64,000 nucleotides of DNA, taken from positions 124,001-188,000 of IMG/VR virus record IMGVR_UViG_3300009181_000033. The stretch is one strand, 5' to 3'. The notes under the pieces are model-generated. The model saw nothing but the letters and a program-made list of their open reading frames with translations, was not told the DNA's origin and made no database searches. This document shows positions 30,860 through 40,148 of the stretch, piece after piece. Both the position numbers and the translations under genes were made by a program. How positions within the stretch are numbered: the first letter of the stretch is position 1; every line of letters starts with the position of its first letter.

Positions 30860-32794
30860 ATGAGCCTAAAAGAATCACTTCTCCAACAAATACAACAAAA
30901 CAGAACAAAGTCAGAGTCTGAAAAGAAATTTTCTGGAACGCTTATGGATTACGTCGACCAGGTCGAAAAGGATCCCAGCATAGTCAAAACAGCTCACCAA
31001 AGACTAAATGAATCCATTAATGAGCATGGCTCATACGTCATGCCAGACTCAGATTCAAGAAAATACAAGGTATTTGATGGAGAATCCGTCAAAATCTATA
31101 AATACTTTGAAAATGAATTCTTCGGAATGGAGAATGTTGTTTCAAAGGTCATGAGCTTCCTCAATTCAGCAGCTCATCGTGGTGAAGAATCACGTCAAGT
31201 TCTCCTCTTCATGGGCCCTGTTGGCGCCGGCAAGTCCGCCCTAACAGAGCACATCAAGAAAGCACTGGAAGGTAAAAAATTCTATCACCTCAAGGGAGAC
31301 CCTCACCGTGGCGAACCCCTTCAGTTGATTCCACGTTCTCTTAGGGACTCATTTGAAAAACAATTGGGTGTTAAAATCGAAGGAGATATTTCGCCGATTG
31401 CTCGTCACAAGCTCCTCAATGACTACTCCGGACACTACGAAAATTTCGAGGTTGAGGAATCATCTGTGTCACAAAGGGCTCGCAGAGGCATCGGTGTCGT
31501 TCCTCCTATGGACGCCAACAGCCAAGATGTTTCTGTTCTAATCGGTTCTGTTGACATCAGCAAGCTGGACAAATACCCTGAGGATGACCCCCGTGCACTC
31601 TCGCTAACAGGCGCCTTTAACGTTGGCAACCGTGGTATCGTTGAGCTCGTCGAGGTCTTCAAGAATGAAATTGAGTTCCTCCACACCATCATCACAGCCA
31701 CACAAGAGAAGAGAGTTCCATCACCTGGAAAGAGCGACATGCTTCACTTCGATGGGGTCATTATCGCTCACTGTAATGAGGCTGAGTGGGTGAAATTCCA
31801 AGGCGAACACACCAACGAAGCTATCCTCGATCGTATCGTTAAAATCTCAGTGCCTTACTGTCTCGAGCTCAATCAGGAGCAGAAGATCTATGAGAAGATG
31901 TTGGGCAAGTCTGATTTTAAGGCTCACATTGCACCCCACACACTCAAGATAGCTTCCATGTTCTCGGTTATGAGTCGTCTTAAGCCTTCTTCTAAATGCG
32001 ACGCCCTCACCAAAATGAAGATCTATAATGGCGAAGACATTATTGAGAAGGGTCGAGTCAAGAAGGTCGATATTAAGGATCTTCGTGAAGAGGCAAAGCA
32101 TGAAGGCATGGACGGAATTTCAACCCGTTTCATCACCAAGGCAATCGATCACGCCCTGTCGAACTCCGACAAGAACATGGTTACTCCGATATCAATGCTT
32201 GACTCTTTGACTAGAATGGTAAAGGAGCAGATTACAGACGAAGCCTTCAAGAAATCTTGTCTCGAGCTTCTTCAGAAAACTGTTCGCGATGAATATCTCA
32301 AAATTTTGGAGACAGAGGTTTCCAAGGCATTCGTCAATGCATATGAAGAGCAGGCACAGAGCCTTTTCGACAACTATCTTGATCACGCCGAGGCTTATAC
32401 CACACGATGCAAACTAAAGGATCGTGTCACCAAGGAAGAACGTCATCCTGACGAGGAATTCATGAAGTCCATCGAGGAACAGATCGGCATCACAGGCTCT
32501 TCACGTGATGGCTTCCGTTCAGATGTCACAGCATACATGTTTGCCAAGATGCGCAAGGGCGAGAAGGTTGATTACACGACCTATGAGCCATTGAAGGAAG
32601 CAATCGAAGCTTATCTCATTAGCTCTGTGAAGTCGCTTGCTCGTATCGTCACCAAGTCCAAGAGCCGTGACAAAGAGCAGCAAGAGAAGTACTCTGAGAT
32701 GGTCAATACCTTGTGCAAGAAATACAATTACAATCCTGATTCAGCCGAAGAAATATTGGTGTTCTGCGCCAACAATCTCTTTAGAGATAGCTGA
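30860..32794 (+). CDS. prkA: PrkA/YeaG AAA+ serine kinase family protein
   Basis: EFFGME, GPVGAGKS, GNRGIVELVEVFK, NEAILDRI, EGMDGISTRF. Confidence 0.93.
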   Translation: MSLKESLLQQIQQNRTKSESEKKFSGTLMDYVDQVEKDPSIVKTAHQRLNESINEHGSYVMPDSDSRKYKVFDGESVKIYKYFENEFFGMENVVSKVMSFLNSAAHRGEESRQVLLFMGPVGAGKSALTEHIKKALEGKKFYHLKGDPHRGEPLQLIPRSLRDSFEKQLGVKIEGDISPIARHKLLNDYSGHYENFEVEESSVSQRARRGIGVVPPMDANSQDVSVLIGSVDISKLDKYPEDDPRALSLTGAFNVGNRGIVELVEVFKNEIEFLHTIITATQEKRVPSPGKSDMLHFDGVIIAHCNEAEWVKFQGEHTNEAILDRIVKISVPYCLELNQEQKIYEKMLGKSDFKAHIAPHTLKIASMFSVMSRLKPSSKCDALTKMKIYNGEDIIEKGRVKKVDIKDLREEAKHEGMDGISTRFITKAIDHALSNSDKNMVTPISMLDSLTRMVKEQITDEAFKKSCLELLQKTVRDEYLKILETEVSKAFVNAYEEQAQSLFDNYLDHAEAYTTRCKLKDRVTKEERHPDEEFMKSIEEQIGITGSSRDGFRSDVTAYMFAKMRKGEKVDYTTYEPLKEAIEAYLISSVKSLARIVTKSKSRDKEQQEKYSEMVNTLCKKYNYNPDSAEEILVFCANNLFRDS

Positions 32795-32810
32795 AATAAA
32801 TAGGCAAAGT

Positions 32811-32842
32811 AAAAAGCCGGGGATTTTATCCCCGGCTTTTTT
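32811..32842. terminator. Bidirectional intrinsic terminator
   Basis: aaaaagccggggat-ttt-atccccggcttttt between convergent genes. Confidence 0.88.
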
Positions 32843-32850
32843 ATTTCCCA

Positions 32851-34155
32851 TCAGACGTATTTAGCACCTGGTTGTCGCTGACCCTTGAGGGCACAAAGAT
32901 CGGCAATGACATATGGAACTTCATATCTGTATGGGTGAGGACCCATTATTTGATTTTCCCTATAGAGTCTAACTGCCTGAAATTTTGCCTTGGCAGATGG
33001 ATATGCCGATTCTAAAAATGGCCTCAATCCGGAATGACACCAATACAAGAATCTTCTTTCATCCCACCTCGCTTTGTGTGAAGGATCACATGAGGCACCT
33101 ATTCCTAGGGCATGTGGTGTATAAGAAAGAAACCAACCACCAGGAACAAGACACCTATAGATTTCTTCCATTAACCAAAAAGCGTCTTGGTCTTCACCGT
33201 GTTCGAGAAAATCAAAAGCCCTAAAGGCACCGATCGAATTGTCACTAAATGGAAGTTTTTTTGTACCGAAGACATCATGGGTTATGTCTGGATTGCCTGA
33301 TACATCCAGTGTTGTCCAGCCTTTTGCCCCAAATATTCCGCCTCCTAGATCAATTTTTGGATGTCCTTTTACTTCACATTCCTTCTCAACTAATTGATGT
33401 AGATACTTATCTCTCAAGGGCATGGGTTGCGCTTCAGCCGGGAGCTGAGGGGTTTTTCCTTGGCCACATAAATGCTGAATCTCATTAACATTCTTCAGCC
33501 AAGTATTTCCCCCATCAGATCTATGCCTGTACCCATACAGTGGCTTCTCTATCCACTTAAATTTGGTGACTAAATATGTCCTAGCGATTAAATCAAAATC
33601 GTCTGCAACATGAAGATTAACGTCATGACCGCCGACCTTTTCATACACGTCTTTCCTCCATGCCCTCAAGTGATTAGGCGAATATAAAATCTGACACAAT
33701 GATCTTGCGGAAACCGGAAAAGATCTTGTAGCCAACAGTTTTTTATTTCTCACTTGACAAGGATAAGACTCCCAGCCATAGGCGCTACCATATTCTAAAG
33801 TTTTGTCATCGGGGTCGATCCAATGTGCACAATCAGAAAAAACAAAACCAACTTCTTCGTCTTTAAAGGCTTCTACTAATTCTTCTAGTGCACCTTCGGC
33901 CAAAATATCATCATGGTCCATTTCAAGAAGAATGTTTCCATTGGCGATCGCACAGAGTTTTTTCTTTGCGTCTCCGACTCCTGCCCATGGGCCAGTTTGC
34001 ACAATTCTAATTCTATGATCTTCTGGAAGAACAGATGCATCTGCACTTCCATTCAATCCAATTATCCACTCAAATTCTGGTTTTTGATCCTTGAGCGAAT
34101 CCCAAACTTCCTTGAGCCAAGTTGTGTCGTTTGTGGGAGTATAAATTGATATCAT
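32851..34155 (-). CDS. GT2 glycosyltransferase fused to a SAM methyltransferase-like domain
   Basis: ISIYTPT, MDHDD (DxD), ADDFDL; then IDLGGG, DFLEH, EIYRCLVPGG, DPSH. Confidence 0.85.
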   Translation of the reverse strand: MISIYTPTNDTTWLKEVWDSLKDQKPEFEWIIGLNGSADASVLPEDHRIRIVQTGPWAGVGDAKKKLCAIANGNILLEMDHDDILAEGALEELVEAFKDEEVGFVFSDCAHWIDPDDKTLEYGSAYGWESYPCQVRNKKLLATRSFPVSARSLCQILYSPNHLRAWRKDVYEKVGGHDVNLHVADDFDLIARTYLVTKFKWIEKPLYGYRHRSDGGNTWLKNVNEIQHLCGQGKTPQLPAEAQPMPLRDKYLHQLVEKECEVKGHPKIDLGGGIFGAKGWTTLDVSGNPDITHDVFGTKKLPFSDNSIGAFRAFDFLEHGEDQDAFWLMEEIYRCLVPGGWFLSYTPHALGIGASCDPSHKARWDERRFLYWCHSGLRPFLESAYPSAKAKFQAVRLYRENQIMGPHPYRYEVPYVIADLCALKGQRQPGAKYV

Positions 34156-34161
34156 TCAACC

Positions 34162-34764
34162 TCACTCAAAATCATATCCTACATCTATCTTTACTTTGAG
34201 ACTCGGAACCCTAATGTGGTTGGCTAAACCAATGTCCCTTGCTTCATCAGCATCAAGGTACCAATCGGCGTGTGATCTCTCATGAATTTGCTTAAGAAAA
34301 TATTCTGGATCCTTGCCGCAGTTCGCAGACATTTCCCTGTAGAGTGATTGATTAAGTCGATCTCCTTCCTTGGCATCAGCTTTAATTTCCTCAACCTTGC
34401 CTTTGGCACCGCTGGAAACATCGTGAATCATAATCGTTGCGTGTTTGTCAATAAAGCGATAGCCAGAGGAACCAAAACTAAAGAGCAGTGCCCCACAAGA
34501 CATTGCCTTGCCTTCAACTATTGTAGCGACAGGAAGCTTGGAAGCCTTTATGTTTGCAATCATGGACATGAGAGAATATACCTGCCCACCATAAGAATCT
34601 ATGACGACAGGAATGATGGACTGGCCAGTTGAGTGTGCCAAAGACATAGCATTTGAAAACTTGGCGGCCTCATCCTCATCAAATTTATTTACCCTAATCA
34701 CCACGGGCTCATAACGCAGCTTAACTTCGCTCAATCTCTTTGATATATCTTTAATTACGTTCAT
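34162..34764 (-). CDS. clpP: ClpP-like protease
   Basis: IDSYGG, AMSCG (Ser), IMIHD (His), DWYLDADEA. Confidence 0.85.
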   Translation of the reverse strand: MNVIKDISKRLSEVKLRYEPVVIRVNKFDEDEAAKFSNAMSLAHSTGQSIIPVVIDSYGGQVYSLMSMIANIKASKLPVATIVEGKAMSCGALLFSFGSSGYRFIDKHATIMIHDVSSGAKGKVEEIKADAKEGDRLNQSLYREMSANCGKDPEYFLKQIHERSHADWYLDADEARDIGLANHIRVPSLKVKIDVGYDFE

Positions 34765-34779
34765 TTTTTCCTTTATTTT

Positions 34780-35058
34780 CTAAGATAGAATCTTCGCTAT
34801 TAAATTTTTCTTAACCAAATCTGAAACTTCAAATGAGAACCATTGCTCTATGGTTTCGTCCCACGTGTGAATTGCACCTTTATCCGTTATTTCTTTTATC
34901 GTGCACTTGTGTTGTTGTTTCGTTCCATCAAGGTGTCGAACGATAATTAATTTCATTCCAACCTTGCCCAAAAAAGTTTGGGTCTCTTCTTCGAACAAAT
35001 CCTTCAAGGCTGAGAAAACTATTCTCTTGCCGACATGCTTCTTCTCTTCTTCACTCAT
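34780..35058 (-). CDS. Hypothetical protein
   Basis: 92-aa ORF overlapping the upstream stop. Confidence 0.55.
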   Translation of the reverse strand: MSEEEKKHVGKRIVFSALKDLFEEETQTFLGKVGMKLIIVRHLDGTKQQHKCTIKEITDKGAIHTWDETIEQWFSFEVSDLVKKNLIAKILS

Positions 35059-35464
35059 GCTTTTTTCTCCATTTGTAATAAAGCGTCAAGGCATGATCAT
35101 TTGGACACTTTTGTGGCATTGTTTGCCGACAAAATAATTCCCATGCATCAGCTGTATAATCACCAATCCCAGGTAAATCCCTTGCGCTTTTCCAATTGTT
35201 TTTAAGATAAGCCTTGGCCATCTTTATCAAATTTTCAGAACGCCTATTCTTAAACCCCAAAGAAGAAATGACTTCTCTCAATTCGCACTGATTCGCAGCC
35301 GCAAGTGATTCGGCATCAGGCCATTTTGAAAAAAGCATTGGAACAACTTTTTCAACCTGTTTTCTTGTGGTGCAATTTAAAAGCATGCAAGAAACAAGAA
35401 TCTTAAATTCATCAGGCCATAAATCTTCCTGAATTAAGCTGTAAGGTGATCGAGGAGGAATCAT
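35051..35464 (-). CDS. MBD4-like HhH-GPD DNA glycosylase (catalytic domain only)
   Basis: PPRSPYSLIQE, CMLLNCT, HhH LPGIGDYTAD (catalytic Asp), DHALTLY. Confidence 0.85.
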   Translation of the reverse strand: MIPPRSPYSLIQEDLWPDEFKILVSCMLLNCTTRKQVEKVVPMLFSKWPDAESLAAANQCELREVISSLGFKNRRSENLIKMAKAYLKNNWKSARDLPGIGDYTADAWELFCRQTMPQKCPNDHALTLYYKWRKKHE

Positions 35465-36514
35465 TCAATTTCCATTTAATAGCTTTGCAGCTTTCTTCAA
35501 ATCTTCGCTGTTTTTTATTGGTAAGAACCTAGTGTGCCTGGGGATTTCAACAAATGAAGTTTGAAATGTGTATGTTAGATCCTGCAAAAGCCTCTCATAG
35601 TGAACCACAAGGTTTCCATGCACGTTCTTTTTTACCCTGTGCCATGACCATTTTATTGTGTTAAAATCCAAATTTGCATCCACTATCATGCTATTTGTAT
35701 TCAGCCAATTAAATTGAATGGGATCATACTTCCCAAAAATCCTAAATTCTTCCACTATCTGATTAACCCCATCAACACTGCAAAGTATTCCACCGGAATC
35801 TGTTGGTATTTTTTCAACCACTTCACACGTGATGGGCTTTGCATTCTTTATGTGCCATCCAATCAAAAGAGGATCCAGCGAGGCCAGTACATTGCTTGCA
35901 TTAACAACACAGATATATTTGCCACCCTGTTTGATAAAATCATGAAGCAATCCAGATTCTTTTAAGGCAGGAACAACATCACCATGTCCACAAGAACTTA
36001 AATAAGGCTGTTGATTTCTTAGGCAAAGAAGATTATCAGGTGTTAATCCAATTGTCTGATATTGTTTAAAGGTTTTTATCTCTCCCTTAAAAGCCAAGGA
36101 AGAAAGATGGGATTTTATTTCCTCATCATTCGCAGGGTCTGTCATAATCCAAACATGGCGACTTGGCACCGATTGCATTATTTTCATTGCCAAAAGCGAA
36201 ATATTCAAATCAGGCAGCTTTTTTAGAGAATCAAAATTCCCTCCTGACAAAATACAATATGCAACCTGTCCATCCTCTATGGCCTTCAAGCCTAAATCAA
36301 AAATATCTTTTTCAATATCTTCGTATTTTGCAACATCATCTTGATGAACAACCACAGGATCATCGACCGAATAATCCTGTGGATTTGTCAACATCCTCAA
36401 TAATGATTGCAATCTCAAGCCATTGTCTCTGTCTATGGACTGAATTGTTTCAAATGAAACTTTTTCAAGTTGTAGCTGTAGGCTTTTCAAGAAACCTGGT
36501 GTGCGAGCGAACAT
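35465..36514 (-). CDS. UDPGP-family UTP--sugar-1-phosphate uridylyltransferase
   Basis: ILSGG, WIMT, CGHGDV, NVLASLDP, GGILC, NTNS, RFLPIK; the GTR loop looks shortened. Confidence 0.78.
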   Translation of the reverse strand: MFARTPGFLKSLQLQLEKVSFETIQSIDRDNGLRLQSLLRMLTNPQDYSVDDPVVVHQDDVAKYEDIEKDIFDLGLKAIEDGQVAYCILSGGNFDSLKKLPDLNISLLAMKIMQSVPSRHVWIMTDPANDEEIKSHLSSLAFKGEIKTFKQYQTIGLTPDNLLCLRNQQPYLSSCGHGDVVPALKESGLLHDFIKQGGKYICVVNASNVLASLDPLLIGWHIKNAKPITCEVVEKIPTDSGGILCSVDGVNQIVEEFRIFGKYDPIQFNWLNTNSMIVDANLDFNTIKWSWHRVKKNVHGNLVVHYERLLQDLTYTFQTSFVEIPRHTRFLPIKNSEDLKKAAKLLNGN

Positions 36515-36545
36515 GCAATAAACATAACACTATTTTAAAGAAAGT

Positions 36546-36920
36546 TCACATGTCTAAGGCATTTTCCTCATCCTTTAGAATTCTTGCCTCAAGTTCCTTT
36601 AGCGACTTAGAAAACCTCTTTGTCAAAGCCTTCTTCGCTATTCTTTTTGCACTTTCAGCATCTCCTCGGGTCATTTGCAATATTTTTTCAAATTTCAAAT
36701 TTACTATTCTTTTTGCAGAATTCAATATATCCGATGGAATTTCAAAACCATAAGAAAATTCTATTTCTTCAGCCCACTCATCAACTATTGCATCAGAAGG
36801 AGCCTCAGATCCAAAAAAGGATTTGATTTTTTCCCACCAGCTCTTTTGGCTCTTCTCCTGGGGTTATAGTTCGCTAGCCAAATATTTTGATATAAATTCT
36901 CTTAAAATTTTTTCATTCAT
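36546..36920 (-). pseudogene. 124-codon gene, absent from the ORF track, interrupted by an in-frame TAA at 36864-36866
   Basis: MNEKILREFISKYLASEL*PQEKSQKSWWEKIKSFFGSEAPSDAIVDEW...KDEENALDM*; start overlaps the upstream stop (TAATG) and the gene fills the gap exactly. Confidence 0.7.
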
Positions 36921-37378
36921 TATCTTGCCCTCAATTTCTTCACGGCTCCCTCAAGATCTATTGGCTGCCCAGCAAATCTCCTAGAATCAATTTCAAATGT
37001 GTTTGACCAAAATGCATTTGAAGCCTCACAGCCTAAATAAACTATCAAAGAAGAAAAAACATATAAAATAGGATAAAAAATGCCCAGTCTCATGCTATGC
37101 CTCACATGACACAATTCGTATTCAAGCATTCTACTTTCTTTTTGTGGTTCAAAATTTAAAACCACAACATTTCCCAATGTGTGTCCAAACCATCTGCTCC
37201 AAACATTCCTAAACCAAATTGGAGAGCTTGGGGAGACAGTCCATATTAATCCATCCCCACGCGAAGAGTTCCATTCATACAAGCCCAAGAATTGAAACAA
37301 TAGTGCATAAATTAATCCAAAGAAAGTGAGGGGCGAGGCCCAAACATACCCACAAAATTTTTTAATTGAAATAGACAT
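36920..37378 (-). CDS. Membrane protein with a degenerate zincin-like motif
   Basis: Two hydrophobic segments; GHTLGNVV...YELCH...NTFEID resembles HExxH families. Confidence 0.55.
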   Translation of the reverse strand: MSISIKKFCGYVWASPLTFFGLIYALLFQFLGLYEWNSSRGDGLIWTVSPSSPIWFRNVWSRWFGHTLGNVVVLNFEPQKESRMLEYELCHVRHSMRLGIFYPILYVFSSLIVYLGCEASNAFWSNTFEIDSRRFAGQPIDLEGAVKKLRAR

Positions 37379-37445
37379 GGCGGATACCTCATTCTTAATA
37401 AAAATAAATATTAAGATGAAATATCCGCCATTTTTTGTGATGTTT

Positions 37446-37850
37446 TTACTGTGAGTCGACGTCTATGCTACAATAACACCATTCGTTGCACTCCTGCAAA
37501 CAAATCTCACAACTACAACCACCATCTTCTGATGAAATGATGCCAAGATACAGTGTGTCACAATCTGAAAAACAATTGTCTAGTGCACCCTCAGAGATAC
37601 ACGAGTCAATGCACATACCGTGTGACTCACAACTAGTTTCCTCAGGAATATCAACGTAAGTGCACACGTCTGTCATGTCGTCCAAACAATCAAGATATGT
37701 CTGGTTATCGATAATAATTTCAGAAACTTGGGTGTCTTCTGTCGAAACAGTCTCAGATTGAGATGAGATCGTATCAGAAGTACAAGTTAAAAAAGAAGCT
37801 GCAAAAAAAAGAGAACACATTCCAACAATTGCATTTTTAGTTCTTGACAT
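37446..37850 (-). CDS. Cys-rich acidic exported/lipoprotein-like protein
   Basis: Signal peptide ending FLTC; many CxxxC pairs. Confidence 0.6.
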   Translation of the reverse strand: MSRTKNAIVGMCSLFFAASFLTCTSDTISSQSETVSTEDTQVSEIIIDNQTYLDCLDDMTDVCTYVDIPEETSCESHGMCIDSCISEGALDNCFSDCDTLYLGIISSEDGGCSCEICLQECNEWCYCSIDVDSQ

Positions 37851-37923
37851 ATTTCCTCAGATGGTTGATCAATATAAAATGAGAAGTGACATGTTTACAT
37901 TGTCTTCCCATATATAAAACAAG

Positions 37924-38340
37924 ATGAAAATTGTTAAAGAGATATTTAAGGCCATAGTTCAAGAAGGTATCGAACTCGAACTGAATGGGGAGCTTGACAA
38001 TTACGAACTGAATACTGAAGCCATAGAAAATGAATACTATAGCGAAATCCTAAGAGAAGCCGAATACAAAGGAAGAGATGTTCCGTTGGGAAAGCCTATG
38101 AGGGGAGACGTAAAAAAATACAAAGTTTATGTAAAAGACCCTAAAACTGGCAACGTCAAGAAAGTAAATTTCGGAGATCCAAACGCCGAAATAAAGAGAG
38201 ACGACCCAGAACGTCGCAAGAATTTCAGGGCCAGGCATGGATGCGGGACGAAAAGAGCTTCCAATAGAACGAAAGCTGCCTATTGGTCGTGTCGACTATG
38301 GTCGAGGAAACCTGTTTCTAAAATCATGAAGGGGGAATAA
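37924..38340 (+). CDS. Conserved phage protein (DUF6321-like basic domain) with an acidic N-terminal leader
   Basis: LREAEYKG, KKYKVYVKDPKTGNVKKVNFGD, RRKNFRARHGC, AYWSC. Confidence 0.7.
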   Translation: MKIVKEIFKAIVQEGIELELNGELDNYELNTEAIENEYYSEILREAEYKGRDVPLGKPMRGDVKKYKVYVKDPKTGNVKKVNFGDPNAEIKRDDPERRKNFRARHGCGTKRASNRTKAAYWSCRLWSRKPVSKIMKGE

Positions 38341-39169
38341 CGTCACCAAACAAATGATCAAACGTGGCAATAAACTTTTGCCATGTGCCATCCTTTGTCA
38401 TGGACTGAAAACCATAAGAGTCAAAAAGATCTTTTACTTTGGACCAGTTGCGCTCTGGAGAAGAAGATGTCATTTCGATCCTATCTTCGTCCGACCAAGT
38501 CATAAACTTAATCAAGTCATAGTTACGTTCGAACTGTACAGCATGCTCTGGATTGGCTAGGAAAGAAGCCAACTTGCCAGGATCCATGCATAGCTCCTCG
38601 GCTGTCTTGTCGCCGATGCCGGGGATGCCAGGAATATTGTCCGAAGTATCACCGCGCAAGGCCTTCCAGGTCACATAATCGTACTCCTCAGGAGCCTCTA
38701 GATATTTCTTTTTAATTGGATTCCATACTTTTACGTGTGGATATTCCTGAACTACCTGAGTGAAATCCGTGTCATTAGAAACGACAATCCAAGGAGCGGC
38801 CGTTGAACTGCAATTGATGAGATTGTAGATGGTGTCGTCGCACTCAGAAGTGGGGTGACGAACAACCGAAACAGGAAACACGGTGGAGAGAAGATCAACA
38901 ATCTGATCTTTTTGCTTGAAGAACCTTTGCAGCTCCTCGTACTTCGGATCATCCTTTTCAACCTTGCGTGTTGCCTTGTACTCTGCCAGCTTTTCGTATC
39001 GATTGACCGGTCGACCCTCGAGGACAACATAGATTCGACTAGGCTTAAATTCATCGATCGTCGACTTGAACTGACGGAAGAAGTTGAAAACAACAGGAGC
39101 AGGACCCATCTGAAAACCACTGCGAGCCCTATGACACTGATTCATGAAGTCCAAACAGAGGATTGTCAT
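38324..39169 (-). CDS. 5'-3' exonuclease/flap endonuclease (T4 RNase H-like)
   Basis: CLDFMN, YKATR, ECDD, SNDTDF, LRGDTSDNIPGIPGIGDKTA. Confidence 0.93.
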   Translation of the reverse strand: MTILCLDFMNQCHRARSGFQMGPAPVVFNFFRQFKSTIDEFKPSRIYVVLEGRPVNRYEKLAEYKATRKVEKDDPKYEELQRFFKQKDQIVDLLSTVFPVSVVRHPTSECDDTIYNLINCSSTAAPWIVVSNDTDFTQVVQEYPHVKVWNPIKKKYLEAPEEYDYVTWKALRGDTSDNIPGIPGIGDKTAEELCMDPGKLASFLANPEHAVQFERNYDLIKFMTWSDEDRIEMTSSSPERNWSKVKDLFDSYGFQSMTKDGTWQKFIATFDHLFGDVIPPS

Positions 39170-39227
39170 ATTCTTAACTTACCTCACCAATAATCAAGGT
39201 TGCACTTTTTATTGTATATTTTTTGCC

Positions 39228-40148
39228 ATGTTTTACCACGATACCGACTCCCAGGAAGTTCTCATGCATGTCGACAAAGTCGAAAAAGAAAATAATCAAT
39301 ATCGATTTTTGGGATGGATGGCTCACAAGACATCCGAGATAATCGGTCTCAATATTGAAGGCAAAAACATTGGACACACTTCATTATCTCGACCGGACGT
39401 CGTTGACGCTTATCCCATGCTTAAGAACGATAAAGTCGGAATGGAATTCGTTTTGTCGAAAGAACAATTAAGAATCCCTCTCAATATAGTAACGAAAGAA
39501 GGCCAATTTTGTACTGTTGGTAAAATGGAAAAATGGGCAGTCGTGATGTCGGGCTTCAATCCTGTGAAAAAAAATATTGTCGTCGTTGACGACTTCTACA
39601 GCGATCCTGATTTCGTGAGGAACTTTGCAATCAACAACTTGGACTACAATCCTTCAGGCTATCACAAGGGGAGAAGAAGTCAGAGGTTTTTGCTGAATGG
39701 CACGAAAGAAAAACTGGAAGAAATCATGGGCAGAAAGGTGATCAACTGGAATCACCCCGAGTACGCGAATGGTGTGTTTCAGTATTGCAGCAGTGAAGAT
39801 CCTATCGTTTATCACAGCGACAAACAAACTTACGCAGCTGCCATATATTTGACTCCAAATGCACCGCTAAGGTCAGGAACTTCGACTTACCGAAGCACAA
39901 TAACCGGTGCAACCATGTTTGATCCCGGAGAAGCAAGGGGTGAAGTGTTCTTCAAGACATTCTCCCAAGGAGGATCTGAATTGAATTTCTATGACAATTC
40001 AACTCTCGAAGTGGTTGATTCAATCGCCAATGTCTACAATAGACTGGTGATTTGGGATGGCAGGGCCATTCACGCCGGAAATGGCTACTTCGGGACAGAC
40101 ATAAACGATTCCAGGTTCTTCCAATTATTTTTCTTTGATCTTGCCTAG
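39228..40148 (+). CDS. 2OG-Fe(II) oxygenase-like protein (DUF6445-like) with an extra N-terminal domain
   Basis: VVDDFYSDPDFVR, HSD, YLTPNAP, NVYNRLV, IHA, RFFQLFFF; start uncertain (39228 or 39264). Confidence 0.7.
   Translation: MFYHDTDSQEVLMHVDKVEKENNQYRFLGWMAHKTSEIIGLNIEGKNIGHTSLSRPDVVDAYPMLKNDKVGMEFVLSKEQLRIPLNIVTKEGQFCTVGKMEKWAVVMSGFNPVKKNIVVVDDFYSDPDFVRNFAINNLDYNPSGYHKGRRSQRFLLNGTKEKLEEIMGRKVINWNHPEYANGVFQYCSSEDPIVYHSDKQTYAAAIYLTPNAPLRSGTSTYRSTITGATMFDPGEARGEVFFKTFSQGGSELNFYDNSTLEVVDSIANVYNRLVIWDGRAIHAGNGYFGTDINDSRFFQLFFFDLA

Noticed and set aside
36163-36753. 196-aa plus-strand ORF
   Set aside because: Antisense shadow of the UDPGP gene and of the interrupted gene at 36546..36920.
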